From the IMG/VR virus record IMGVR_UViG_2671180577_000023: DNA of 5,717 nucleotides; one strand, written 5' to 3'. The notes beneath the pieces were generated by a model. That model worked only from the letters and a program-made list of their open reading frames with translations, made no database searches and was not told the origin of the DNA. This DNA comes from a virus (Duplodnaviria; Heunggongvirae; Uroviricota; Caudoviricetes). The position numbers and the translations under genes are program-made. Positions 5,292 through 5,717 of this stretch are shown here, in pieces (position 1 is the first letter of the stretch; each line of letters begins with the position of its first letter).

Positions 5292-5314
5292 ACACGCCGC
5301 GAGCGTGTTTTTTA
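5292..5314 (+). terminator. Terminator-like hairpin plus T-run in the second leader (counterpart of 3706-3726)
   Basis: ACACGC-CGCGA-GCGTGT followed by TTTTTT. Sequence differs from module A but structure and position are conserved. Confidence 0.5.
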
Positions 5315-5344
5315 TTGTCGTATGCACGCGCACATCTGAATTAT

Positions 5345-5420
5345 GGTGGGCTGTGTGGGGGCGGAGAGATCCGCGCCGGTCGGTTTCCCGGTTACGCCAA
5401 CCCTGCACAGTTCACCACCA
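5345..5420 (+). ncRNA. Second candidate c4-like antisense RNA (~76 nt), diverged paralogue of 3759-3835
   Basis: Same architecture: 16-bp closing helix (5345-5360 with 5401-5416), GNRA hairpin GCGGA-GAGA-TCCGC, two recognition loops, ACCA tail. Loop ACGCCAA (5394-5400) is complementary to TTGGCGT at 5262-5268 and 5426-5432; loop GGTTTC is complementary to GAAACC near the RBS (5453-5458). Confidence 0.5.
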
Positions 5421-5474
5421 GACGATTGGCGTCGTCGGTGGTGAGTTATTAAGAAACCACTCGAGGGCGTCATT

Positions 5475-5615
5475 ATGACAACTCAAATCTCTGTTGAAAC
5501 ACTCTCCACGATTACTTACAAGCAGATCCCCGTTATCACTACCGAACTTTTGGCGCACCTTTACGGCACAGAAGCTATTCGTATTCGCCAGAATCACCAC
5601 GAAAACAAAGGTTGA
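5475..5615 (+). pseudogene. Second ORF6N antirepressor-like gene, truncated after codon 46 by the IS insertion
   Basis: GAGGG RBS then ATG at 5475; MTTQISVETLSTITYKQIPVITTELLAHLYGTEAIRIRQNHHENKG parallels the first 46 residues of the 3891..4556 protein. The frame stops at TGA 5613-5615, which is the first three bases of the IS terminal repeat. Confidence 0.75.
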
Positions 5616-5717
5616 ACCGCCCCGGGTTTCCTGGAGAGTGTTTTATCTGTGAACTCAGGCTGCCAGATCATCGTTTCCGATGGAAGCATAATAAGCTTTT
5701 TCTGCTTCTGCCGGAGG
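5613..5717 (-). mobile_element. Right-hand partial IS3-family insertion sequence (IS629/IS1203-like): terminal repeat at 5613, body continues past the window end
   Basis: Plus strand from 5613 reads TGAACCGCCCCGGGTTTCCTGGAGAGTG, sharing its first 14 nt with the repeat at 151 and diverging after, as expected for the opposite end of the same IS. Same orientation as the left copy. Confidence 0.8.
5655..5717 (-). CDS. IS3-family transposase OrfB, C-terminal 20 codons only (continues beyond window end)
   Basis: Minus-strand frame reads PPAEAEKAYYASIGNDDLAA then TGA (plus 5655-5657), ending about 40 nt inside the terminal repeat, the usual layout for an IS3-family OrfB. Confidence 0.55.
   Translation of the reverse strand, partial: PPAEAEKAYYASIGNDDLAA

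Noticed and set aside
5214-5600. ORF-track frames 5214..5408 (-) and 5412..5600 (-)
   Set aside because: Antisense to the second promoter/leader/c4-like RNA and to the truncated ORF6N gene; no start signals, and the plus strand carries the conserved features.
1-5717. CRISPR array or integron attC sites
   Set aside because: No regularly spaced direct repeats were found; the only repeated units are the two IS ends, the duplicated leader modules and the shared terminator hairpin.

Overview
The window reads as a 5.46-kb piece of a lambdoid prophage (Enterobacteriaceae-like) bracketed by two partial copies of the same IS3-family insertion sequence in direct orientation. The left copy ends at 151 (terminal repeat plus OrfA N-terminus on the minus strand); the right copy starts at 5613 (other terminal repeat plus OrfB C-terminus). 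Between them, left to right: two phage genes (a possible HTH protein and a DUF551-like protein), two short hydrophobic peptide ORFs missed by the ORF track, a hok-like type I toxin locus, a Doc-family toxin with a small non-Phd upstream partner, a HigA-like antitoxin whose cognate RelE/ParE-like toxin is frameshifted, and an antirepressor-like (ORF6N) gene followed by ninB and ninE. The most interesting signal is a structured ~77-nt RNA upstream of the ORF6N gene that resembles the P1/P7 c4 antisense immunity RNA. A second, diverged copy sits upstream of a second ORF6N gene that the right-hand IS cuts after codon 46. The two copies differ by compensatory changes in both the closing helix and the antisense/target elements, which suggests two immunity specificities in tandem. 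All calls come from reading the sequence and recalled family signatures; no database search was run, and coordinates of non-coding elements may be off by a base or two.
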